From: Basidiobolus meristosporus CBS 931.73
Taxonomy: Eukaryota; Fungi; Basidiobolomycota
Direction of reading: 5' to 3'
DNA: 64,000 nt
NCBI GenBank assembly: GCA_002104905.1
Contig: MCFE01000217.1
Coordinates: forward strand, 1-64,000
Part shown: positions 23,102-35,645 of the stretch, piece by piece
How the letters are laid out: every line of letters begins with the position of its first letter
Numbering within the stretch: position 1 is the first letter of the stretch
The notes under the pieces: generated by a model
Database searches by the model: none
Told to the model about the DNA's origin: nothing
Seen by the model: only the letters and a program-made list of their open reading frames with translations
Position numbers and translations under genes: made by a program

Positions 23102-24399
23102 GCGGCTAGACATTTGCCGTCCTTCAGCTCTTCAACCCCCCCCCACCCGGTCCATCCATATCACGGTTCAGGTTTACCTCCAGCAACCCCAATCCTAGTC
23201 CTAGCCTTTCATATCATTTCATGTCCATAGACGCCGAAGCAATCCCATCTCTGATGGATGATTGAAACTCGGGCTGTCATTTTTTGTTTTCTTTGACTGC
23301 GAATAAAACTGTACTTGTGGAAAATCGGACCTGGGGTTCCTAGATCACGGGAGCCTAACCCTTCTTGGGAGGCTCACTTCGGGATGAGGTTGATCGGAGG
23401 TCGATCTCCTGAATCCCTTCGCACGAACTATGCCCGACGCTTATCACTGCTGGGCTGGCGATTGGGAATGCATTATTCCGCGTCGTATGTGAGTGTATGC
23501 CGGTGGAATGGTCTCGGCTGATCACGGGCATCTCATACATACCAGGGTGTAGTTACACCCATCAATACATAAACCATGCACCAGACTGCGTTCGCAATTC
23601 ATCTCATTGATCGATTGATCTATCCCCAGGCTCCCTCTTAAGTTACTGGAGAATTACTTCATACGGTGGTATTGGGGACTCTTTCCAGTATGCCCTTTGC
23701 GATGACTTTCTTTCGCACCAGTGGCCTACATGATTGGGTCGAATTTTCGAAGGTTTGGAGGGGATTACTTTGGTCGTATGGGATCCAGTTCAACAGATTA
23801 AAGCCAAAATCAACCTGCAGGCCTAGTGTACTACTCACTGTAGCCTGGATGCCTATGCCCAATGTCCCCTATGTGATTTGGCCATCATCGCACAAGTATT
23901 GGTTTGTTCTTCTGGGTTGATGTATCATACTACCACCAAGTCCAGCTGCCCCTTCCAATAAGTGCAGCCGTGGTAGGAAGATGTATGTTCTCCTCAACAA
24001 TCCATGGTGTTGATGCCCATCTTAAATGGATGGTTGATATTTGAAGTGATTGGTATGGCCCTCAAAGTATGTACATCAAAGAACTATGTCCCCATCTTCC
24101 ATATAAGGAGTCATCAACTGAACCACAAATCCCTGATTCATTTTTTTTATCCAAGTACTCCCATATCACCCTCAACTCTCAGTCAAGTTCATCCATACTC
24201 TTTATCTGGGGATTGGCTACTGCTACCAAGTACTCTGGCAAATTTCATATCTAGTACCCAACTACTCCAGTACTTTACACACATGGTTCCAGATGTTGCT
24301 AGTTTCTAGAGAGTATTAGAAATGAAGGAAGGAACCAGAAGCATTGAATGAGCAAATAACCATCTAAGGTCCTAGAAAGCAGTGTACAAAGTCTTGGTT

Positions 24400-24520
24400 C
24401 TTTTTGTTACAAATCCTCTAAATATGCCTACATATTCCTAAGGAAATCTTGATAAGTTGCCCAATGTCTACAGACTTTTATGCATGCTCTTGGGACCTTC
24501 CTACACATATTGAATAGTGT
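24400..24520 (+). mobile_element. partial LTR relic of the copia family
   Basis: catgctcttgggaccttcct matches the LTR core. Confidence 0.45.
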
Positions 24521-25033
24521 TTTTTCATGAAGTCTATGTAATAATATGGATACCATGCATAAATTCTATAACTTGACAAGTGAAAGCTATATAGTCTATT
24601 TGCTCTTCCAATCAGATTTAGTGTCTACAAATCCTTACAACCAGTTTGTGCTAATTCAGATTCTTATCAACTCTTGAGGCCTTGCTCATTGCAAGAAGTA
24701 ATACCAAATAGAATCTTGGGTATAGGAGAGGCTTAGGTGTAAACTGAATTATCACAGCATATCATGCCATGGATTATTAGTTTCCTAGAGCAATGGGAGA
24801 GGCACCATTAAGTTGCACCATACCTACTAGTCATACAAACTATTGGATATTAGAGCACTCAAAAAATGAGAGAATGATACTGATTATTGCCATGCAGTTT
24901 GCAACCTTGACTAAATATTTTGTAACTCAGTTGTGTCATATTTCTAGAGCATAGTAGGGCACCAGTTTGTAATATATTACAGGGACCTGTGGAGTTACCA
25001 CAGGGTCACACAAAGCTAAGTGTAATACAGAGT

Positions 25034-25364
25034 TTTTGTAGGAGTCTTGGAGATATTGGAAGTGATTTGGAGAACAAGTAGATTCTGTGGTTTTCACCTG
25101 ATGATTTATTGAATGTAAAAATAGTATTTATACTTTTACATGGCCTTGGCATAGCAAACACATAGAAGAGGTTTAGGAAGGTCCCAAGAGCATGTGTGCA
25201 AAGTTTGGGGCTGTTTGAACAACTTGACTAATTTTCATGTTTTGGGTAAATATTCTAAGTAAATCCCAACAAGGATTTGATCAGTATTCTCTAGAATTTG
25301 ACAGTAATGATCTAAGTCGCTAAGCTAGGTGAGTATTTAGGTGGAATTACAAATTTTTACAACA
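25034..25364 (-). mobile_element. solo LTR with perfect 5-bp TSD AGAGT
   Basis: Full-length homolog of 46765-47114 with a ~19-bp internal deletion. Flanked by agagt at 25029-25033 and 25365-25369. Confidence 0.9.
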
Positions 25365-25558
25365 AGAGTAACATTTGTTGTGCAACAGGTATTTGCTAAT
25401 GTATTCATGCAGGTACATAATGCAACAAGCTGATGTGAGCTTCAGAAATACAAGCATTATGTGTTATTCTTGTAGGATTTTTTGGAGCAGTGTTGGTACT
25501 CTTGAAAGGTGAAGTGCTTGTAAGATACTTACATGCTGTTGTTATGTATATGTATATA

Positions 25559-25901
25559 TTTTGTATGAGTTTCTGGAGCTATTGGAAGAGATAATACAAC
25601 TAAATTATATAGTTTTCATTTGATGGTTTATCAAATGTAAGAGTAGTATTTATGCTTTTACATGGTTTTGGTGGAACAAACGTAATATGCTTAGGAAGGT
25701 TGTAAAACATGTGTGCAAAGCTTGGGGCTGTTTAGACAACTCTGCAATATCCATGCCCTGCATACATGATGTTTTCAGTGAAAATACTCCAAGTAAATCC
25801 CAACAAGGAATTTGGCCAGAATTCTCTAAGATATGTAGACCATGATCTAAGTGACTAAGTGTAGTGAATATTTAGGTGTAATTACAAAATTTTTAGCAAT
25901 A
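25559..25901 (-). mobile_element. older solo LTR of the same family
   Basis: Colinear with the LTR over ~340 bp but more diverged. No TSD is recognisable. Confidence 0.75.
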
Positions 25902-28900
25902 CAATGCATACTCATCAATGAGAACCTTGTTTTACCAATTATGAAAATATATTGGTAGAAAACCCTGGGAAGCAGTGGACAAACTTGACTCATGTGTTTA
26001 TACACCCAAGGAAGCATTGCAATGCCATTAACAAGACTGGCTTGAAAAAAACCCCAGGTGGTGGGAAGTGGTATATAAGGCATGAAGGCATGAAGGCATT
26101 CTAGTAAGTCTGAAGATTTGAATGCTTCCGGGACTCCAATCAAATAGAATATTTTGGATTGATCCCAAGCTAATAATTCATAATACAGGGATTGGCCAGT
26201 AGAGACCAAAGAGACATGAGTATTTACATGACAAGTTCAACACCATCCTACATTCCTCGTACACTGTATTCACTCATAAAAATCGAGGGTGGTTCTAACA
26301 AGGTATGCCCAAAGCATGTGATCATTTTACAGGTTCTGATAATTTCTGGGTCTTCCGGTGTTTCTTAGAATTGGCAAGTACCTTTCAAACTATATTCTTA
26401 GTAAGTGTTTGACATTCCAATGGTTGGCCAGGCGTCAAAAGGTGCTGAACTGAATGCTTGAGACAAGGATTGAATATGGTTGCACAATATTTGGAAAATA
26501 AAGTTTGTGAATGATAGATCCAAGTCCAATACTGTTAATCATTTTAGATCTGTGGACAACCCTCCGTATGGGAGGTCACCTGATATGATTGAGAATGACC
26601 AGGAATTTGCCAACTGTAAATTGCTATGTATCAGGAGGTAGACCCCAAGCAGTCAATACTGCAAACAGGTTAGTTTGCGCTTCCAACTTTGTACCCAACA
26701 AGTATGAAATGATACTTGGAATTCCCGAAGAGATCCACAAGTCTCCAAACCTAAGCTAAATCTTCACAATACCTCACACATCCCGACTTTTCAGGTCAAC
26801 AAGTTTCAATACAAGGGAACCCTCTATTTCAGCTAGTGGACCAAATGGGATTCTAATCCATTTCGATGCTAGGCCCACCGGGTAGTTGAAAAATGCCTCG
26901 GAAAGTAGGAGGAAGATTGAGGAACCAGCGCAGAGATCTGGAGACTTCAGCTATCAGAACTCCCACACCTCTGAATAACAACGAGAGTCATGTTACGAAA
27001 CCAATTTCGATGTAAATTGCTATCCCATCAACAGAGTCGGTGCATGAAACGTGATACATCAGTCTGATCCCACATTGTGCGGGACAATGCGTCTTTATCT
27101 GAAGACAACGAAACGGTACAGTTTTACAATGGAGCACCAAACGAAGCCCATCCGCATCAATTAGTCCGTACAGGATACTGAGCTCTGTGAACATACAAGC
27201 TCTAGATCTTCTGTGCCAGTTAGTGCGGGCAAAAGATGGTATCGATTAGAGGATTGATAAGAGTTCAAGTGGAGCTTTTAGATGTCAAGAGAAGTACGCT
27301 AACCCAATACACACTGTTCCGTACATGCATAATGTTAATTCATTTCGCCCATGAAAGCTACCCTCTGAATCGAGACTCGGATACAGATTCGCTGCCGTAA
27401 ATACAGGCACAGGTGCTGCTCAATGCAGCGAAGGCTGTTTGGACGGGGTGTCATCAACCCAAGATCCGAGCAAACATAACGTATGGTGTTCTCTAAATCG
27501 ATGAGCTGGATGCCCTCCTCTAGATTTCATCAGTCGTCTGTTCGTATGTACTGATAAGGCATAGCCAACATAAAACCTCGCCTTCCACCCAATCATAATT
27601 TGGATTTACATTTCCTTTCATAGTTGCGCCATTCATTGCGGTAGGCCTCCTCACTCCGACTCATCCGAGAAAGCCCGGCTTGGTTCGGCCTCCTTCTACG
27701 CTTCCTGTCCCGCACACCGTGCTCTGGCTACCCTTACAACTCGATTGGCACACCCGATGCTCTTGATTGGCGCGCAAGGTGAAATCAGGATTCGGAACAG
27801 TGATTTGCATCGTTCGCGCCTGGACACTGCCCTATTTTGAGCAGCTTTATGATACAGATGGCCACACCTGGCCCCTACAGAGGAAGATCACTGCTGGTTC
27901 GTAGCATCGCCGACAAAGGCAAGAGATCAGCGCAGCAGAATCGGGTTTTGCCGGCTCAGCTACATAGATTAGCAACTATCGATAGCTATTGCTAATCAAC
28001 GGCATGTAGGGCAAGTTGCCTAGTGCCAAGTTACCAGCGAGATGGGTTGACTTCTAATGGCTGGTAATGCCAAATCAGCATGAAGTAGCTTATCTTGCAG
28101 TGAGACATGAATTTCACCTTGGTCGATGATTCGACAGAGCGCACTCTTGTGACCATCTCTGGACGCGAAATGATTGGCTCACCATTACATTGGAAACCAT
28201 CGTTTCTCTTCCCCTGAGACCAGAACCCACACGGCTTCGCTCACATCAATGGAGTTGCAAACATCGCCAAGCATAGGGGCGCTGCTTATAGTCAATGGAC
28301 ATAAAGCAGCATATGTGTGCAGTCCTCCGAGCTTATCTTGACCGCAAACACAGTTGATCTCCAAGTGCCACCAGCGATTGCAGGCCTCTCCAATGAAGAA
28401 ACCAGTTTGCCGCCAATGCGCGACTGAGGGTTAGATTGCAACAGGAAATCCCGTGTTGGCTGTGTCCATCATCAGGAATGTACCTATGTTGCTCCCTTAT
28501 CTGCCGACATCTCACTTTAGACATTATAGCATCAGAACACCCCCTTGGGTCAGCAGTATTTTTGTGGCCACCGTGTGTCATGGCCGTGGTCGGTGGAATT
28601 TCAGTGCTGTGATACACATATCATTGTTGATACAGAGTGCTCCACAATCAGTTGCCAATAAATGAGCCTTGATGAAGCTGGGGTTGATCCATCTGGAGGG
28701 GAGTGTAACACAAATGTCGTGCTCACTCAACTTCCCCACTTTCCGAGTTGCCATAATGAGTCGGGCTTCCCGGAAAACGTGGCAATTCGAAATTAGAAGT
28801 CTCTGGCGTGCCACCAGGAAGTGATAGTTGGGCCTATCGATAGCACTCTGCTCTCTACTCTGACGGCCCACTTTCTCGTCGCCGAGGGCCATTAGGTCTG

Positions 28901-30828
28901 TAGCATGATTCTATCTATGGTGTTTTCATATGTCACACTGTATCCGAGTCCTTATTCTACAAGGCTGGCCTTCATCCCAAAGGCACGCAATAACACCATA
29001 ATTTAGATCAACTGCTCGCGACATTACCATGTATGGATGTGCCGTCTATCTGCGATGGTAATATCGGTTGCACTTCAGCCTTCGCATTCGTGAGTGCGGC
29101 ACGCTTGGCACCTATCCGATTGAATCTGGAACCATCCGCATGGCAGCCATTATGTTGTTCTCTGGCAGTGGCATTGTTTTGGAGACATCCTTCAGTGGCC
29201 AGGGATTGCATGGGACTGGCAAGGGCCTTTGTTGCTGCCGCCCGCTTCAATATGGCGGAGAATATTTGATATTACGAGTGGATTGAATCCCAAAGGAAGG
29301 CGCAAGGCCATGATCGGTCGCACAAGGCAAATGATTGACTTTCCTGACCTTCATAGCCCCGCTTAGAATTGACTATGTTTCCCAAAGATTACCTCGCATG
29401 CACCCGCAACAACACAAAGCCCCAAACATCTGGGGACAGGTCAGTTCAATTAGGCCTTGACACCTCTAATCCGATGGTAGAGCAGGGGTGATGGTCAATA
29501 ATGACCTCCGCCTGGGATGTAGCACCTCAATCAGCAACACCACTGTGAGGATGTTGAGTGGCTTCGTTACACGACCGCCCAAAGTGGGGGTATCGACTCC
29601 TCTAACACCACCCAGGAGTACTCTGTTGATCAAGCTGACTGAAGGCATCTGCTGCCCTCACAAGCGGCTCAGGATTTTCACCAAGACGCATCGAGCCTCC
29701 CATTGGCCGCAACATGATTTTCGCAAGACCTGAGAAAAGTTGTACCACTCGACATCATGCCAGGTTAGGAATCCATAACGGGAGCTTGTTTTGGTTGCGA
29801 GGTCTTGACGGAGATCTGAGATCAGATGGGCTAGCAGCGAATCCGGTAGAAACAATAGGCTTGGTGACACCTTGTGTCCCGGAAAGGAATCCCAGGATGA
29901 CGAAATGAGGCTCAGAAGAAGAAGTGTCTCCATCGATTTCCATATTTGTGGGTGGCGCACAGCATCCGTTCTAGAGCGACAGCTGCGCTGGATCACTCCA
30001 GGATTGGGATCCGTGGAAGCAGCGATCCATTGCTAGGAGCGCTAGACTGACAATTCGAGCGTACAGGTGAACTCCGTGGGACTGTACGTGCGAGGACGAT
30101 GTCACCCAAGCATGTGATTAACTCTATTTCTTGGTAGCCTCGCCAAACCTCGATCCCGAATGGCCGCGGATGGCTCTACTCAAGCTCCATTGCCACCGCT
30201 CCCCATACCAACACACCACAGGCAACGTGGATTCCAACCCTGACTAGAGCCCTCTAGCCAACACGTCCTTGCTGGCCAGCACAATCAAGATAGCGTATCG
30301 CAGTCGCAGTGCGATTCCATATATGGCTCTAGGATGGTTCGTTTTGGGAAGGAGTTGGGGTTTTGTCGCAGACTGCTCTGCTGTGTCACAAAGATCCAGA
30401 TCGTCAATGTAATAAAAAAGTCAATGACCAACAAAGTCGGTCTTTGAGAAGCCAATTGCCCTAATTCGCAAAGGATCTCTGGGAAGCGGAGGGTGCGGAT
30501 CCTCAGCTCCGGCGGATCTATGCCACGCCCAGTTGGATCTCACTTCCACACTGCCGCCTACCTTCACTCGAAAATCCACTGGGTTCGGTTGGTTAGGTTT
30601 TTATTACTTCTAGTACTGAGCCAATAATAGTTGATAAGAATACATTATGTTACAGGGTCTGGCAGAGAGGGGCTACTTGTATGGTTCGGTGGGAGCCGTC
30701 GATTCCACGCAGCGTGGCCAAGTGATCAAACTTGGTGAATCGATCATGTCTAAAAATTACAGCGGGCGACAAAAAATCGGTCAAGGCAAAATTGCGTGCT
30801 GGTAAAAGTATCTCCTCTAGATATACTC

Positions 30829-32007
30829 TTATCCACGGATGCATGTGGCGGTGTGGGAGGCCCCGTAAGGCGAGCTGTATCTGCTGATGGAGGATCCAGA
30901 GTAGTGGTCGTAGGATCCGTAGATAGACGAAGAGGTGTAGTCGGGTGTGCGGTTGGAGGAGTACCGGGCGTAGTTGCGGTCAGCAGCAGGATCATCCCAG
31001 GACGATGTGGAGTATCCGTGGCGGCCAGAATGGTTTGGGACGCGGAGGCCCTTGGGGCCGGCGCTATTTTTGGTGCTGAAGAAGTATGAGGACGAGAAAC
31101 TGGGCTTGGGGGCGTCGTCGTAATGAACATCAAGTGGTTCGGATGTAAATGGGCCCAACGTCATTCCAAAGCTGTACCTGGAGCCAAGCTTGCCAGAGAA
31201 GGCAGATTTTAGGGGGGCAGGCTTGCTATGGCTCAAGCTCAGAAGCTTGTCGCTGCTATCACTGGCGGGCCAGGAGTTGGCGCGACGGCTAGAAGGGGGT
31301 TTGGAAACAACAAACTCCACTTGATAGTTGACGCCTTCGTTGTTATCCCAGATCTCGTGACCATTTACCTGATACCTGATGGCGAAGAACATGTTCTTCT
31401 TGGGGGCGCCGACCTTCAAGCTGACTTTACCGTTTAGGTCGAGGTTGAACCGGAATTTATCCACGCCAGGGAAAGAGTCGCTGGACTGCACGACCACGTC
31501 CTGGTACTCCAGTTCGATCTCTTGCACGCTCTGCCAGAAATCAAATGTGTACCGCAGAGTGATGGATTTGTGGAAAGCAAGGTTGTGAACCATGACGTTT
31601 CCCATCAGCCTGGACTTGTCGTCAGTCAGGTACACCTTCTCCACAACCACAGGTCGGCTATGGAGGGAGAAGAAGGAGGGTGGGAAGTTGGGAAGCCGTA
31701 TAGAGAGCTGCATCTCCTCCTCGCTGTCGCTGGAGGATTCACTGAAGTCATCCGATCCAGAGCACTCTTCATCAGAGGGAGGGTTTGAGATGGACTCGGG
31801 GCGCTCGCTCTTCATGAACAGCTTTACATATTCTAGTTGTGAATCGAAATGAACAAATTTGGTGGGGGTCGAGTTGTAGCGCACGAGCTTGGGCTTGATG
31901 GCTGGCTTGACGATCTCCCCGCTCTTCTTTCTGACAAGAGGAGGGGGGACGGGCCTGGAGGAGGGCTTTGTGCATAGCGTCTTGCTTGTGTCGAGAACGG
32001 TGGCCAT
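30829..32007 (-). CDS. glycogen-targeting protein phosphatase 1 regulatory subunit (CBM21 domain, Gac1/Gip-like)
   Basis: Motifs VRKKSGEIVKPA and the PP1-docking RVxF-type KFVHF. The CBM21 domain reads GNVMVHNLAFHKSITLRYTFDFW...DKFRF...FAIRYQVNGHEIWDNNEGVNYQVEF, followed by an S/Y-rich tail. 392 aa, intronless. Confidence 0.95.
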   Translation of the reverse strand: MATVLDTSKTLCTKPSSRPVPPPLVRKKSGEIVKPAIKPKLVRYNSTPTKFVHFDSQLEYVKLFMKSERPESISNPPSDEECSGSDDFSESSSDSEEEMQLSIRLPNFPPSFFSLHSRPVVVEKVYLTDDKSRLMGNVMVHNLAFHKSITLRYTFDFWQSVQEIELEYQDVVVQSSDSFPGVDKFRFNLDLNGKVSLKVGAPKKNMFFAIRYQVNGHEIWDNNEGVNYQVEFVVSKPPSSRRANSWPASDSSDKLLSLSHSKPAPLKSAFSGKLGSRYSFGMTLGPFTSEPLDVHYDDAPKPSFSSSYFFSTKNSAGPKGLRVPNHSGRHGYSTSSWDDPAADRNYARYSSNRTPDYTSSSIYGSYDHYSGSSISRYSSPYGASHTATCIRG

Positions 32008-32151
32008 GTGAATGCAAAAATGGAAAAACCAGAGTATGGAACTAGAAATTAGCTGAGGCGACTTAAATCAAATCAAATGTTCAACACGAAATAGATGTGA
32101 ACTCGAGAACGCTTCCTAGTCGGTGGTGCCTCCTGAAGGGCGAGCGAGGCC

Positions 32152-32159
32152 TATTTATA
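32152..32159 (-). promoter_or_regulatory. probable TATA box of the CBM21 gene
   Basis: TATAAATA on the minus strand, ~145 bp upstream of ATG 32007. Confidence 0.5.
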
Positions 32160-35100
32160 GCTTTGGGGGGAGCAGTGTGAAACGAAGTGATGAGGAATAC
32201 TTAGTCCAGAACCAGGATAACGAATTAGTTGGGTTTGTAGCACAATCGAATTGATATGTTCAGGATTGTGCTTTCCCCGGTCTCCTATCACTGCACATTT
32301 CCTTATCATCCAATTGATGATTATTCCAGTGGATAAATGAATGCGACTGAATGGAAATCAATTGAATTGGGTTGAATTGGAATCGTCAAGGTTAAAACAA
32401 TATAAGATTTGCATTGAACTCTTCTTCAATCCCTATCAGCCCGTATCTCCTATCAAGCACAGCTTGATAAGATTGAGACATTACATTCATTGTCACATAA
32501 ACTCGCAGTACACTGAGTGCTCCGTCGATGCACACGAACCCAACCCTGTGAGCGGCGGTTCGCTGGGGCAAGCTGAGCATCCAGCACCCGCAAGCCCGTT
32601 GCGCTCTGGCTTCTCGCCCTCGCTTCAGTCTGCCTTATCAGAGACATCGCTGCTATCTAGCATGGAACTCTGATGTCAGAAAAACCATGGCGATCTCTCT
32701 CGAAGCCACCCAAAAATACGCTGAATTCCCATTTGACCATCAAAACCCGACTCTTATCTGCCAATGATTCCACACTTCGCCTCATTTGTCTCGATGAGTT
32801 GACACCAGCAGTTGCGGACACGACACACTGGCTCGCGGCCGTTGTCCAGTAACCATCCACACATTGTAGCTACACCCATTCGCAGCCTTGCCTTGCTGCA
32901 GCACGATGGATGCCACGTCGTATGGCCGGGCGAAGGGCAAACATACTGCACCAAGACCAGCTGTGGCTTACTGCCTATTCGTCGGGCAATCCCGCTATCA
33001 GCATCAAAGAGTTTGGGGACCTTCAGCCGACTCCCCTAGATCGTAGATACAACGTGTTCGACAATCGATCCATGCACATTAATGAAGCAAGAGATGAATT
33101 TCTCCCTCATTTTACGGATTTGGCGCATAATCGTTCTAGCTGCCTTTGTCCATCCTGCTCTGGCTTGCAGTTGGAAATAGCTAATCGCTCATTGTTCGTG
33201 ATTCCCGTTGTGATCTCAATCTGGGAATGGTTGCGATTCCCCTGTATGTGTGGAGTAGACAGCACCCGGCCCTCCCATTGGCCAGAGATCCCAGTCACAC
33301 ACTCTCGAATCCACCCCAAGCCGGAAGCCACAATGGATACGATTGCTATCATCGCTTGGTAGAAACGGGACTTGTCCAGATTTGATCAAGTGGCAGATTG
33401 CAGTCACTGTCTTCGGTGATCTCCAGATAATGATCGAGCGGGATAGCCTCAGGCTGCGAGTCGGTGGCAAGGCCAGCTGCTCACGGGTAAGACACTCTGG
33501 TCAGTGCTATCTCGCCATTTCCAGTATCCATATGACGTCCACCTGGTAGGTGTGCTGTCCATAGATGGGTTGCTTTGTTCTCACTGCTGCGCGAGAACCT
33601 GCCGTGTGAGACATCGAACTGGGGTAGGTGCCCACGGCTCCATATCCAGGACAGCGGCAGAGGCCCACCCAATGCCGACCGGTATCCAAACCGGTCCTTG
33701 TTGTCCAAGAGCAGTGGACACGGAATTGGGAGGCGTAGCAATGCCGCCCTGATATCCCGCCCATCATTCAGTCAACGCATCTCTTTCGCCCCATTCAACC
33801 AAGCTCCCTAGAAATGTCATACCGGAATAGGCGCGTCGACGGTGTCAGGCCTTCGTCCATGGGCGAGTGTTCAGAAACCAGGCCGGTGCCACGCTCCAGA
33901 AAAGCCTTCAGGACTCAGATTCCCTGATGATCATTGGTACACATCAGATCCTCCGGTTCCAAGTCCACCGCTACCATAGACCCATTAATATCGCCATCGC
34001 TAACGCTACCCGTTCGACATATTTGCATTGATACGGTTGTCTGATCAGAGCCCCAGCAGATAGGTTCGCTACATCATCAAGTGACCAGGCCCAAATGCGC
34101 CTTGTAGCAGTGGATGCCAGCGCTGGTATTCAGCGAATGCCGTGGTTTGCTGACAGGTTTGCCATGGGCTTCAATCCATCGGCGATTCCGCCCAAGTTCC
34201 ACTGGCTCTGTAGACTGATAAACCAAATCCTCCACCAGCTAGCACGGATGTGGCAATGATGGAGAGAGATCTCTAGAGCCAATCTACATCGTTCTTTAAA
34301 ATGGCATATCCACCCGCTTGCTCTTGCTCTAAACCGGAAGATGCTGATCAACATACGTAATGCTGACATGGGTGGATGGAGCTTGAGTGTCCGGCACATA
34401 CTAAGCCATCGGCCGCGAACGTTCGAGATAAAGGGATGAGCGTCGCCAGCATGTCGTAATGGCAGCCTTGTCACCAGCCGTAAGGTAGCCAATGGCCATC
34501 TTGGATGACTCGCACCAGCTTCAAGACCCCACCACATATCTATCCTATTCCCAGCGCCATGCTCCCCATATGGCCATTGCTCCAGCACTTCCAACTAGGG
34601 CGTCCGAAACGAATTGCTACAAAGCATCATCGCCTATTAGGAGGGAGGTGTCTGGATCTGTAGGTTCGCAGGACTGTTGTGGCATTCGAGCTGACTCGTC
34701 AGCCTGCTTGGAACCGTGTATCGGGAGATACCGATTTTCCAGCAGAATTTATCCGAACCCCTTGCGCGAGCTCCCACTCACCCAGCAGCTCGACATTAGC
34801 CACTCCTTTTTTTGCCATTTATATACATCCATTCACCAAAGAGCATTATTCGAGGTATGCTTTCTAGCCCAAATTGTTACCGTTCTGGCAACTGGATAGA
34901 TCTGAATCCCAGATATGCATTGCCATCCAGCCAATCACCCCTCTCGGCGTCTAAATCCCCCCAATTTCGTACCTTGATTTAGGCTGTTGCGATTGCATTT
35001 CATGGGTTTCCAGATCTCAGATAATATCCCAATGCTAATCTATATTCCAAAACCCATTGCCCACCGCAACCAGCCGTTTGTCGCGGAGAAAACCGGAGCA

Positions 35101-35645
35101 CTCGAAATGGACGTTAGGCCTCGGTCGCTGGGTAAACGAATTCCTGGAGGGTGATTCGGGGTGGCACTTCAAGAAAGCCGGCTATTCTTCCACACGGCCT
35201 CCCCTCAGCACAGTCACCTCTGAACTCCGGCGATGCTAGCCGCGTTGTAAAGCCCACTTGATCCTAACCTCCGCACTCAATAGTGGATCAGGTGCGCTGA
35301 TGTGGGCTTCCGACACGGCACACCGAATCTCACAGCACCGCCTGCAGTAGTTCATCCGCTGGGCTTACGGAAATGTTCCGTCGGCGCAGCTGCACTCATT
35401 GCCACTCTGCTGGCATCGATGGTATATTCGCTGCGAAGACAGCCCAACCAGTTTGGCGCCCGCATGAAACTGATGTGCGCCCTTTGCAAGCACTGTCTAC
35501 ACTGTGTTTTGGAATCACTATCTCTCGACCGGTTTCAGATGGAGGCATAACTAGCAGCCGGCTGGCCGGGTGCCTGTTTCAACAATATACCGGGGAGGGG
35601 GCGACTTTTGATGGCACGTATGAGGGTGCGTGGAAACGAGCCTCC

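Noticed and set aside
29545-29612. tRNA-Leu-like A/B boxes (gatgttgagtgg ... ggtatcgactcc)
   Set aside because: The B box has an extra base, the spacing is too short for an anticodon arm, and there is no acceptor stem.
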